A stretch of 64,000 bases of DNA, from the NCBI GenBank assembly GCA_964016885.1, contig OZ024756.1, positions 13,020,001 to 13,084,000 on the forward strand. Direction: 5' to 3'. A model generated the notes under the pieces. The model was given only the letters and a program-made list of their open reading frames with translations. It was not told where the DNA came from and did not search any database. Of this stretch, positions 12,301 to 23,435 are shown piece by piece. Position 1 is the stretch's first letter; each line of letters opens with the position of its first letter. The DNA comes from Eledone cirrhosa. Taxonomy: Eukaryota. Made by a program: the position numbers and the translations under genes.

Positions 12301-12937
12301 TCATTATCTATAAAAGCGAGTGTGTGTGCATGTTCCTTTTCTATACGATTTTTAAAAAAACACCTCCTTCAATGGAAAATTACTTATCAATATTCGAAAT
12401 AGCTTCAATTAGGTCAGGCAGAATTTATATATTTAAAATTGATCCCCAATTACACAAAAAAATCGATAAAACTCAATAATTCACGATATACCTCTCATAA
12501 ATCTGATATCGAAACTGAAGATTACAACCCTAAATGGTGGACAGTTCGAAATACTGCTGCTGCTGTGCTTCTGGCTGTTGCTCATCTCATTCTATCAGGC
12601 TCTTCCAACAACTTTACAGTACTTTATCATCCGTTTAAAAAAAACTGTTTTTTGGCTGTTTTTTGTTTTCGACAGAAAATTTATTATGATTTCTGTTTGC
12701 TATTCTTAATATATATATTTTTTTTGTGTTCCCTTTTTGTGATTTTTGTTGGTTTCTTGGTTGAGAAAAGAAGATGGTAAAACCAGGTTGAAGAGATTTT
12801 CATTTCTAAATTCTATTATCATTACAACTTTGACATATTTTATGTAAAGTGAATATGAGAAAAAAAAATTCTTCATATTTATTGTTTCCTAATCTGAATA
12901 AAAACAGCAGTAACCCGGGCCCGGATCATTCAGCTAG
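6341..12937 (+). mobile_element. Helitron (rolling-circle transposon), near full length, inactivated
   Basis: Inserted between A and T; 5' TCTATATATATAAAA; 3' palindrome CCGGGCCCGG (12915-12924), then 9 nt, then CTAG|T; encodes Rep/Helicase. Confidence 0.9.
7487..12211 (+). pseudogene. Helitron Rep/PIF1-helicase (RepHel) ORF, disrupted
   Basis: MPLKRK start at 7487, in-frame TAA at 7541, Ala/Arg-rich repeats, CxxC...CC zinc finger, frameshift near 8415, FTCNP motif 1, HUH motif EWQKRGLPHIH, YVCKY motif 3, frameshift near 10286, Walker A GGTGKT, DE motif WDECTM, GDFRQ, TINKSQGQT, HGQLYVACSRV. Confidence 0.93.
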
Positions 12938-12994
12938 TATTTTATAAATTTAAAAAAAAAAAAAATGCAATAAGAAATTTTTTTTTTATTTCAG

Positions 12995-13138
12995 AACCTG
13001 TTGAAATCTGGAGATGCTATGAAATGTCCTCAGTGTGAGGTGATTGTTTCCAAGAAGGATGGCTGTGATTGGTTACGTTGTTCAATGTGTAAATTAGAGA
13101 TATGTTGGGCAACAAAAGGTCCACGATGGGGACCAAAG
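12995..13138 (+). CDS. RBCK1: HOIL-1/RBCK1-like exon (RING2 with catalytic Cys)
   Basis: tttcAG acceptor, GTTAGT donor; [48 protein letters not shown]; 144 nt, phase 0-0. Confidence 0.95.
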
Positions 13139-13494
13139 GTTAGTCTGTCTTTCACATCTTCATTTTTGTTTTAGAACTACATTTAGGCTTTTAATGAGCT
13201 GAAGTCCTAACATAGCTGGAATCAGATTCCTTCATTTACACTGCTTTTATCTTTGGGAGAGGCACGAATGCCACCTCAATTATATATGATGATGGTGCTC
13301 TCTCTCTCAACATTAAATATCTAAGTGGAATGGAATCATAAGTTCTTGCTGCGCAAGATTCTCCCCAGTTAAATATTCAGGAGGAATAATATTACACAAC
13401 CATGATGGTAGAAATTATTCTTGAAACAAAGCATTGCGTTATTTCAACGTTATATATGTGTATATATACACATATATATAAATATATATCTATA

Positions 13495-13552
<58 letters not shown>

Positions 13553-13562
13553 GATATAGACA

Positions 13563-13650
13563 GCGAATTGGCAGAGTCGTTAGAACGTTGGGGTCAACTT
13601 TGCCTTTCATCCTTTCGAGGTCGATAAGAAAGATACCAGTCTAGTACTGG
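13563..13650 (+). mobile_element. Nin-domain-like SINE fragment
   Basis: TGGCAGAGTCGTTAGA...CAACTTTGCCTTTCATCCTTTCGAGGTCGATAAGAAAGATACCAG. Confidence 0.65.
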
Positions 13651-13656
13651 ATAAGT

Positions 13657-15330
13657 GACCAGATAAGTGTATGAAAGTGAGGGAGGCCTTGTTTTTTCCA
13701 CTCTATGATGTACATCCATGCATTAAGATCACCAAATATTTTTCCATCTTTTAGCAGCCACAAAAGTTTTTTCTGTTTCTAGTGGAAAACCCTTGCAATA
13801 AGATCATGCCTGTCAGCGCTCCTTTGACCTTCAAAGAGGTAGGCCTGAATTCCCTTCCACTTTGGGTTGCAGGTAAACGTTATAAATAGATCAGGTCGGT
13901 CAAACTTGCGCACATAGGCCATGGCATCCTGGGTACATTGATGCATGTAGCGGGGTGAGCCAGTAAAACTTGATGGTAGGATGGCCTGCTGGCCCATGTT
14001 TTGAGCAGGTGGATATATTGTTCTGATCGCAAATTTTTCTGGTTTATGTGAACGTATAACAAACGCTCAGTTTCTATCTTTGTGTACATGTCCATCATAA
14101 GCTGGCTTGTAACCTCCTTGAACCGCAGAAGCTGATTGAATTTCCCATCTCGGACCATTAAACGGTAGGCATAGAAATCTTTGCAAGACATAGTTTTGTT
14201 GGCCTCCTGTCCATTTACCAGGTTTACTTGGCGCAGCGCAAAATTATACCCATCCTCTCCATGTGGAAACATAAAAGGGTACTTCAAACAATCATATGAC
14301 CTGTGTGTCTCCTTGATGGATGATAAGTGGTTGTCATGGTGATTCAAAATGATTCAAGACAATGTCACGATTGCCATGCTCTTCTCCAACCAGAATGATT
14401 GCAGCCTCATTTGTTGCAGGTGCATTGAACCGCCAGGTATGCTCGCCAACTGGCTGTCTGTCAGCCGTGATGATTGATGATCACATTGAGATCAGGCATC
14501 TCGTCCATTCCAAAGCACACTTAAAGCTGTTGACATAAGGGTGAGTTGCATGTAGCATATTCTAGAGCTCTGCTAGCATCTGTCTGTCGACACCTTGAGT
14601 GAGCCTGCAGCGCTGATTAACTTCCTCATTGCCACCACTCATAAAATACCCTTGCACATACTTAGGCTCTTCATCTAAAATTGGTCGCGGGCTACCCAAG
14701 CGGTAATAGCACTGACCCTGGATCTTATACGTGGTGAAGAAGCCTCGGTCCGTCAAGTCTTTGTCTGCACTGAAGGATGTCATCATTGTACTTCCAGATT
14801 TTACCACGAAAGTGCTTGGCTTTTGGAGTGTCATCTGTAAGCAGCTGCCTCAGTACGTCTGGAGGATCTTGCAGTGTCTCGAGTCTCACCTTTCCTCCAG
14901 TGCAGCACATGGTTGGAGCCTCACCTGGCCACTTAATGGCCCTACAGTATGTGCAGACATTATCCATTCTGCCAATGGAGACATTAGGGTTGCTGTCATA
15001 ATCCCTAGTGAGGTCGTAGCTGAAGACAGCCATGAGCCAGACAATGTTCCTAGCAATACTGTCTGCTGCTCGTGCAGTCCTATCAAAATCTCTGTCTTAG
15101 AATTCTGGACGGTGAGTGTTCACCTTCTCTTGTGCATTGGTGTAACTCTCCATCTGCAGTAAGGCGAATGTCTCTCTCTGCGGCCGTCCCAGCTCTACTC
15201 GCTCTTTCATGGGCTGTTCTGACTGCAGCTAGGCGAACTTCTCTCTCTGCAGACGTCTGCGCTTGGCTTGCTCTTCTGGGGACTGCTCTATTTGCATTCA
15301 GGTGAGCATCTCTCTCTGCCGCTGTCTCCT
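13657..15330 (-). pseudogene. Degenerate Helitron Rep coding region, multiple frameshifts and stops, no helicase
   Basis: ORF fragments 14725-15033, 14562-14834, 13880-14347 and 13779-13997 are colinear with the Rep of the first Helitron. Confidence 0.88.
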
Positions 15331-16289
15331 GGTGAATAAAAAAAGATGGGTAAGTTTACTTGTGAGTTGCCACCCTGACAAAATGTGCACATTTTGGACG
15401 TGCTTATGGGGGCAATGAATGATGAGAGATCAGGGAAATGTGTGACATTGGGTGGTAGACAGAGAGTGGGTGACATGGAATGCTTGATGGTGTATGGGTA
15501 ACATAAGAAATGGGAGACATGATTTATTAGAATGGCAAACCTGTGAATGCCTTTGCCGCATTTTTCGTGTGCGTACAGTTTGAGAGTTCAACCTTGCTTG
15601 CTTTCATAGTGGCATGGCATTCTTATGTTTCAGAGCTATAAGATTAGGAGGAGAAGGTGCACCATTAGATATGCCTTTAAGTAAGGGGGGGGGGGGGGGT
15701 AGAATCCAAAAGGTCTATGGAGCAGTGTCTGTAGAAGGGGAGTTATCAAATCTCAACCGTTACCCGGCTGTTAATAGGGGAGAGGGAATCACATAAAGGA
15801 GGGTAGGGGCAAGGGAATTCCTCAGGCGGCTAATTTTGTCATTGGTGTGAGTCATTAGTAAACGCCTACGCTTTTGTTACCGAGAACAACCCGAACGAAG
15901 TTTCACCTAAAAAATTGTCGCAAACAATTAACATACAGGTAGCATGAATATATGTCGATATACGATTTGATATTAATTCTTCTAAACAACGTCATAGAAA
16001 AGTTGGAGTTTAAGTGTTAAGCAATAGAATTGCTTAGATATAGTACTCTATCATAAAAGCATTAAACATGGGTTTTATTGAAAATCCAATGTGGACCTGT
16101 TGGGTAGTGTTAAGGTTGCAAGCAAAAAGACTGTTGTTTAAGTGAAAACGAATGGAGTTACTTACGTTTAAAAGAACAATTCGTGTAATGTAAATTCAAT
16201 AAGGAACGCACGCGTTTATATCCCAAACACAATCTTCTGATGATCCAACACCTCGAAATATCAACAAACTAATGAGTTGTTGCCTTGTT

Positions 16290-17654
16290 TTGGAGGACTG
16301 AGTTGTGGGAGGAGGAAGGGGAGTAGTTGGAAGGAGGGTTTAAGATACAGTAGCAGTATCTCCTCTTCCCCCTCTCTCACTTGGAGGACTGAGTTGTGGG
16401 AGGCGGAAGGGGAGTAGTTGGAAGGAGGGTTTAAGATACAGTAGCAGTATCTCCTCTTCCCCCTCTCTCACTTGGAGGACTGAGTTGTGGGAGGAGGAAG
16501 GGGAGTAGTTGGAAGGAGGGTTTAAGATACAGTAGCAGTATCTCCTCTTCCCCCTCTCTCACTTGGAGGACTGAGTTGTGGGAGGAGGAAGGGGAGTAGT
16601 TGGAAGGAGGGTTTAAGATACAGTAGCAGTATCTCCTCTTCCCCCTCTCTCACTTGGAGGACTGAGTTGTGGGAGGAGGAAGGGGAGTAGTTGGAAGGAG
16701 GGTTTAAGATACAGTAGCAGTATCTCCTCTTCCCCCTCTCTCACTTGGAGGACTGAGTTGTGGGAGGAGGAAGGGGAGTAGTTGGAAGGAGGGTTTAAGA
16801 TACAGTAGCAGTATCTCCTCTTCCCCCTCTCTCACTTGGAGGACTGAGTTGTGGGAGGAGGAAGGGGAGTAGTTGGAAGGAGGGTTTAAGATACAGTAGC
16901 AGTATCTCCTCTTCCCCCTCTCTCACTTGGAGGACTGAGTTGTGGGAGGAGGAAGGGGAGTAGTTGGAAGGAGGGTTTAAGATACAGTAGCAGTATCTCC
17001 TCTTCCCCCTCTCTCACTTGGAGGACTGAGTTGTGGGAGGAGGAAGGGGAGTAGTTGGAAGGAGGGTTTAAGATACAGTAGGAGTATCTCCTCTTCCCCC
17101 TCTCTCACTTGGAGGACTGAGTTGTGGGAGGAGGAAGGGGAGTAGTTGGAAGGAGGGTTTAAGATACAGTAGCAGTATCTCCTCTTCCCCCTCTCTCACT
17201 TGGAGGACTGAGTTGTGGGAGGAGGAAGGGAAGGAGTTGGAAGGAGGTTTTAAGATACAGTAGGAGTATCTCCTCTTCCCCCTCTCTCACTTGGAGGACT
17301 GAGTTGTGGGAGGAGGAAGGGAAGGAGTTGGAAGGAGGTTTTAAGATACAGTAGGAGTATCTCCTCTTCCCCCTCTCTCACTTGGAGGACTGAGTTGTGG
17401 GAGGAGGAAGGGAAGGAGTTGGAAGGAGGTTTTAAGATACAGTAGGAGTATCTCCTCTTCCCCCTCTCTCACTTGGAGGACTGAGTTGTGGGAGGAGGAA
17501 GGGAAGGAGTTGGAAGGAGGTTTTAAGATACAGTAGGAGTATCTCCTCTTCCCCCTCTCTCACTTGGAGGACTGAGTTGTGGGAGGAGGAAGGGAAGGAG
17601 TTGGAAGGAGGTTTTAAGATACAGTAGGAGTATCTCCTCTTCCCCCTCTCTCAC
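16290..17654. repeat. 91-bp minisatellite, 15 copies, inside the putative 5' region of Helitron 2
   Basis: Unit TTGGAGGACTGAGTTGTGGGAGGAGGAAGGGGAGTAGTTGGAAGG...TCTCCTCTTCCCCCTCTCTCAC; 1365 bp = 15 x 91. Confidence 0.95.
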
Positions 17655-17847
17655 TGAAACATCTTCTCTTTCCTCCTCCATTGTAAAGATGTCCCCAGGG
17701 GTTCGATTTTATTGAAATCCAATTAGCCAGTCCTGTACCTGAATATTAGCTTAACATGGGTGTAAAGTTTCACTATGATCGGCTCTCTGGTTTAGGGGCC
17801 AACTGGTAACACACAGAGAGAAATTGCCATTTATATAGTATGTATAT

Positions 17848-18317
17848 ATCATCATCATTGTTTAACATCTATCTTCCACGCTAGCATGGGTTAGATGGGT
17901 TTGTCCCATTTAGAGGCAAGTTGGGCCGGGTGACCGTGTCTTGCTCATATAAGGGTGTTTTTGGCTGGTTTTCTATGGCCGGATGCCCTTCCTAGCACCA
18001 ACCACATTTACAGTATGTGCTGAGTGCTTTTTATTGTGTCTTTTACACGACCACTTTACAGTGTGGGCTGGATGTTTTGTGGTACCAACATATCATGCAG
18101 ATATATATCATGATAATGGTATATTTATTTTTGTCTGTATATACATATATCATCATCACCTCCGTCTTATGTCCATTTTCCACGCTTGCATGGGTTAGAC
18201 GGGTTGTCCTGTTGTGGGCAATGCTAGGTCAGATGACCATATCTTGCTCATACAGGCCTGATTCCGGCTTGGTTTCTACACCTGGATGCCCTTCCTAGTG
18301 CCAACCTCATTTATAGT
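17848..18317 (-). mobile_element. Dimer of RTE/SINE 3'-tail fragments
   Basis: Two (CAT)n-led copies of GCATGGGTTAGA...GGATGCCCTTCCTA joined by a linker; same composite at 57678-58175. Confidence 0.7.
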
Positions 18318-18340
18318 TAGCAAATATATATATATATACT

Positions 18341-18538
18341 AACAATAAAAAGGACGAAGTGTTAGATCTTCATTATGTTTATTGCGGTGTGACGTGCGTT
18401 TCACGATTGATCAGCTTAAGGTTCAATCTGGTCCGACTCTGGAATCAAAAGCTCAAACCTTGAGCTAATCAATCGCGAAATACACATCACTCCCCAATAA
18501 ACGTAATGAAGATCCAATACTTCGTCTTTTTTATTATT
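18341..18538. repeat. Long inverted repeat (foldback, MITE-like)
   Basis: ~80-bp arms AATAAAAAGGACGAAG...AAGGTT / AACCTT...CTTCGTCTTTTTTATT around a ~30-nt spacer. Confidence 0.85.
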
Positions 18539-18554
18539 ATTATTACACTCCGGT

Positions 18555-18730
18555 GGATTGGCAGTCGAACGCCATGCTTTGACGCATAGAGTTACGGCCG
18601 TTGCTATTCTGAGTTCAAATCCCGACGAGCTTAACTTTGCCTTTCATCCTTACGGGGTCGATAAAATAAAGTCCAAGTAATACACCGGGGGTAATTGCTG
18701 GCCTTGTGCCAAATGTAGAAACAATTATTA
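18555..18730 (+). mobile_element. Nin-domain-like tRNA-derived SINE
   Basis: B box GAGTTCAAATCCC followed by CTTTGCCTTTCATCCTTACGGGGTCGATAAAATAAAG; closely similar copy at 53515-53700. Confidence 0.75.
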
Positions 18731-18822
18731 TTACACTCTGTTTAGTACAACACCAATATACCTACTGGAAACTATGTAGAGTGCCTACTTAGGTAAACCT
18801 CCCCTAACTGGACATTCGTTAC

Positions 18823-19835
18823 AAAGGTTGTGAGTTCAATTCTCAGACTGGGTGATGTGTTGTTTCCTTGAGCAAGACACTTTATTTCACATTGCTCCAG
18901 TTTACTCAGCTGTAGAAATGAGATGATAGGGACTGGGGTCCCTATCATTCCACTGCAAAGTGGTCGTGAAAGTGCCACGGCAAAAAAGCACCCAGCACTC
19001 ACTGTAAATGAGGTTGGTGTTAGGAAGGGCATCCAGCAGTAGAAATCAAGCCAGAATCAGTTCCTGTCCCACCCTTGCAAGCAGGGAAAAGTGGACGTAA
19101 AATGAAATGAATGAATATATATATATATATACATATATATCATTCGACTGTAAAGTGGACGTGCAGGTGCCACGGAAAAAAAAAAAAGCACCCAGCATTC
19201 ACTGTAAATGAGGTTGGTGTTAGGAAGAGAGAGAGACTGAGCATAAGAGGAATCAAATGCTGTGTGCAGGAGAGGCGGTTGCGTTGGTATGGACATGTGA
19301 TGCATATGAAGGATGACAGCTGCAGAACACTAGAAGTCAATGGAAGCCGCAGAGTGGGGAGACCCAAGAAGACCTAGGATGAGGTGATAAAAGCCGACCT
19401 TACCCAATTACACCTCTCAAAGGCGATGACACACGACCGTGACCTCTGGCGTCATGCAGTAATACAGAGTACCCGACCTCCCATGGGTACAAGCTGAAGC
19501 ATTATAGACAATATGCCCCCACCCCCTCCCACTGCAAAGTGGTCATGGAGGTGCCACGGCAAAAAGCACTCAGCCCTCACTGTAAATGAGGTTGGTGTTC
19601 GGAAGGGCATCCAGCTGTAGAAATCAAGCCAAAATCAGTTCCTGTATGAGCAAGGCATGGTCAGCTGACCGGACACTGCCCACAACAGGACAACTCGTCT
19701 AACCCATGCTAACATGGAAGAACGGACGTAAAACGGTGATGATGATCCAGCTGTAGAAATCAAGCCAGAATCAGTTCCCGTCCCACCCTTGCAAGCAGGG
19801 AAAAGCAGACATAAAATGATGATGATGATGATGAT
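18823..19835 (+). mobile_element. Nest of 5'-truncated CORE-like SINE, RTE ORF2 C-terminal fragment and LINE tails
   Basis: 18823-19060 nearly identical to the SINE at 1254-1650; 19230-19500 encodes ERRLRWYGHVMHM...GRPKKT; (GAT)n tails. Confidence 0.75.
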
Positions 19836-19932
19836 GTGTGTGTACAATAATGAGTCATTGCTTTTTATTTCTCCTATTTGTACAATTAAATCTATTTTCT
19901 ACTTTACTAAATTTATTTCCTTTTATTTTCAG

Positions 19933-20013
19933 GGTTTCAGTGACAGCAGTGGAGGTTGTAAATGCAGAGTCAACGGGGTTAAATGCCATCCAAAATGTTT
20001 GAATTGTCATTGA
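19933..20013 (+). CDS. RBCK1: HOIL-1/RBCK1-like terminal coding exon
   Basis: ttttcAG acceptor; [26 protein letters not shown]-stop matches the HOIL-1 C-terminus (GGCRCRVNGxxCHPxCxNCH). Confidence 0.95.
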   Translation, partial: GFSDSSGGCKCRVNGVKCHPKCLNCH

Positions 20014-20189
20014 TAACATAGTATTTCTGTTAAGCTGTCACATGTCCAAAACTAGGGTCTCCTGTCTTAATGTGAAACAAGCTCATCCATTTATCATTGT
20101 TATGTTTACAAAGACCAGGACATTTAACTACAACTTTGGTTTCTCAAAATCATTTTATGAACGCTTAAAGAAAAGGATAAAAAATGATC

Positions 20190-21450
20190 AAATGGTAGAC
20201 TTAATCCATCACCTGGTTTAACACTACCATCTGGTCCAAATGTGGTAGACTTAATACATAGTCCTAATGTGGTAGACTTTATTACCTGGTTTAACACTAC
20301 CATCTGGTCCTAATGTGGTAGACTTGATACCTGGTTTAACACTACCACCTGGTAGACTTTATTACTTGGTTTAACACTACCATCTGGTACTAATGTGGTA
20401 GACTTAATACCTGGTTTAACACTACCACATGGTCCTAATGTGGTAGACTTTATTACCTGTTTTAACACTACCACCTGGTCCTAATGTGGTAGACTTTATT
20501 ACCAGGTTTAACACTACCATCTGGTAGACTTTATTACTTGGTTTAACACTACCATCTGGTAGACTTTATTACCTGGTCCTAATGTGGTAGACTTTATTAC
20601 CTGGTTTAACACTACCATCTGGTACTAATGTGGTAGACTTGATACCTGGTTTAACACTACCACATGGTCCTAATGTGGTAGACTTTATTACCTGGTTTAA
20701 CACTACCACATGGTCCTAATGTGGTAGACTTTATTACCTGGTTTAACACTACCACATGGTCCTAATGTGGTAGACTTTATTACCTGGTTTAACACTACCA
20801 CATGGTCCTAATGTGGTAGACTTTATTACCTGGTTTAACACTACCATCTGGTACTAATTTGGTAGACTTAATACTTGGTTTAACACTACCTCATGGTCCT
20901 AATGTGGTAGACTTTATTACCTGTTTTAACACTACCACCTGGTAGACTTTATTACTTGGTTTAACACTACCATCTGGTACTAATGTGGTAGACTTAATAC
21001 CTGGTTTAACACTACCACATGGTCCTAATGTGGTAGACTTTATTACCTGTTTTAACACTACCATCTGGTAGACTTTATTACTTGGTTTAACACTACCATC
21101 TGGTACTAATGTGGTAGACTTAATACCTGGTTTAACACTACCACATGGTCCTAATGTGGTAGACTTTATTACCTGTTTTAACACTACCACCTGGTCCTAA
21201 TGTGGTAGACTTTATTACCTGGTTTAACACTACCATCTGGTAGACTTTATTACTTGGTTTAACACTACCATCTGGTAGACTTTATTACCTGGTCCTAATG
21301 TGGTAGACTTTATTACCTGGTTTAACACTACCATCTGGTACTAATGTGGTAGACTTGATACCTGGTTTAACACTACCACATGGTCCTAATGTGGTAGACT
21401 TTATCACCTGGCCCTAATGGTGGTAGACTTAATATGTCACCTGGTTTTAA
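20190..21450. repeat. 45-46-bp hairpin-containing minisatellite downstream of the RBCK1 stop
   Basis: Unit CCTGGTTTAACACTACCACATGGTCCTAATGTGGTAGACTTTATTA plus shorter variants. Confidence 0.93.
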
Positions 21451-22316
21451 TGATAATCTGTCAGCTGTCTAACAGTTGACTTGAACAGAAATGAAGTGTT
21501 TTGTTCAAGAGTACATGGTGCCCAAAGAATTGAATCCAGGACATTAGATTCAAGGGTTCAACAGTCTCACTGTTAGGTTGCATGTCCTGAGTAAAACAGT
21601 AAGAAAAAATTGGAATGAAATGCAGTCATCATCATCATCACCACCTTTATCATTCTCATCATCATCATCATCGTACAGATTGTATATACTACATATAAAT
21701 ATTCAAGTGGATAACTTTTCTGTATATTATAATAATTTGGTTGTCAAAGAAAACTTTTAGCCATGGTGATTTTCTCAATTCAGTTATTTGTATTTAATTT
21801 TTAAATATACAATATTCTTTTAAAGTTCCAACAAATTATCGTCTCAACTTTCAAGTTATTCTTTTCTTTCAGATTGTTTTATAATTCTTTAATTATATTT
21901 AAACGTGCATACTTAACATTATATGGAGACTTGTTCTGTGTGAAACTCTGCTTATTTCTTTCTATTTGTAATATTACAACTGCTTGTTTGTTTATGTAAC
22001 ATTACAGTGGTCTTTACAACTGGACTACATACCTAATGCCAAATACTTTACAGAGTGTACTGGTGCATTTGAGACCAGCACTAGCGAAGTTATAGTTTCT
22101 ACAGTTGGATGCCCATCCACTTTACAGAACATATCACATCTTTGATTTCCTCGACTCCAAGAACCCTTTATACCCCACCAATGTTGTTACCAGTTGAAAT
22201 CCCTTCAAATCATAGAATGTACTAGATGTTTTATAATAGCAGTAATGCTAGGGATGTGGCCTTGTTCCAATAAGTTCAGCTAATAAAGATGATGCAGTTG
22301 GTAGTAGATCTTGTCT

Positions 22317-22525
22317 TTAACCCTTTAGCATTTAAACTGGCCAGAATTCTCTCACCTTTTTCTGTTCAAACCAGTCATGACTAGCTGCTCATACTGATGT
22401 TAAAATATTGTTCTCAAAATAAATATAAAAATCTCATAGATTCTATATTATGAGATAATTATGTGAAGTAATGACTTTATATTTACTATTATATTTTCAT
22501 GGTAGAGTAAATGTTAAAGGGTTAA
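22317..22525 (+). mobile_element. piggyBac-type MITE
   Basis: TTAA-CCCTTTAGCATTTA...TAAATGTTAAAGGG-TTAA. Confidence 0.85.
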
Positions 22526-22688
22526 ATCTGACTCTTCGTTGATATATCTACAATAAGAGAACCTCTAGGTGGTTAATTACCCTGTTGGAAGTCACAGTAT
22601 ATTTGATATACAAACCAAAACAGACAGGATGGTCATGGCTAGAATGTCTTTGGTTATACGATCTGCTAAACAAGGGTCCTTCTGGATA

Positions 22689-22849
22689 TTAACACTAACA
22701 TTTACATTATATTTTCACGGTCAAGGCTTTATGTCACATAATATTGAATATGATTTCGATATTATTTATTTTGAGAACAATACATTAACATCAGTATGAG
22801 TGGCTAGTTACAGAAAATTCTGGTCAGATACAGCTGGTTTAAGGGTTAA
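22689..22849 (-). mobile_element. piggyBac-type MITE, internally deleted
   Basis: Body matches family, ends AAGGG-TTAA. Confidence 0.65.
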
Positions 22850-22893
22850 ACAACAACTAGGTTCATGCAAAACTTGTAGGAATCAGCAACCTG

Positions 22894-23056
22894 TTAATCT
22901 TTTAGCACTTAAACCGGCTGTATCCAGCCAGAATTCTCTTACCTATTTCTGTTCAAACCAGCTGCCCATACTTATGTTGTTATTCTTCTCAAAATAAAGT
23001 ATTTACAGTGAAAATCCAATAGTAAATATAGAGTAATGTAAATTCTAAAGGGTTAA
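22894..23056 (+). mobile_element. piggyBac-type MITE, internally deleted
   Basis: TTAA-TCTTTTAGCACTTA...TAAATTCTAAAGGG-TTAA. Confidence 0.7.
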
Positions 23057-23435
23057 ATGTAATCCCCTAAAGCTGGTAATAGGACCAGGTTAGACGTAAA
23101 ATAGCTCCCCTATTTCAAACAACTCGTTATATATTTATGTATGGGTTACAGGTATATACATGTTCATATAGTGTATTTGATGTACTTACAAGTAACAGAA
23201 CAGAATAAAACAACTAGATTTGAAACAAATAAGCCTCTTGAAAACCCTAGGCTCACGTCAACTCTCTTGTACTTATATACTTATAGATGTCAGCATGCAA
23301 CTGCTTACCTGAAAGTCTGGCTTATACTTATGTCAGCATTCAAGAAGTTAGGTTGAGCCAGCTCTAACTAGTGTATTTACAACATCAAGAGAAGCCACCC
23401 AGGTATGGTAATCACAGATATCTGATGCTGATATT

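Larger units (their letters stand above)
13655..17843 (-). mobile_element. Second Helitron (different family), 3'-truncated after Rep motif 2
   Basis: Minus-strand fragments CTYC...MCCTGGKV, YKIQGQCYYRLG, ETHRSYDCLKYP, ILPSSFTGSPRYM...PDLFITFTCNPKW, IEWKKQGLPHFH; putative 5' end (CATACTATATAAATGG...TGTGTG...CCGATC...AAACTT) near 17843 resembles the 5' end of the first Helitron; 5' boundary approximate. Confidence 0.8.

Noticed and set aside
8394-15033. Long dsRNA between the two opposite-strand Helitrons
   Set aside because: Similarity is evident at protein level only; nucleotide identity looks too low for an extended duplex (not computed)
20190-21450. CRISPR array suggested by palindromic repeats
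   Set aside because: The sequence between hairpins is also repeated; no unique spacers
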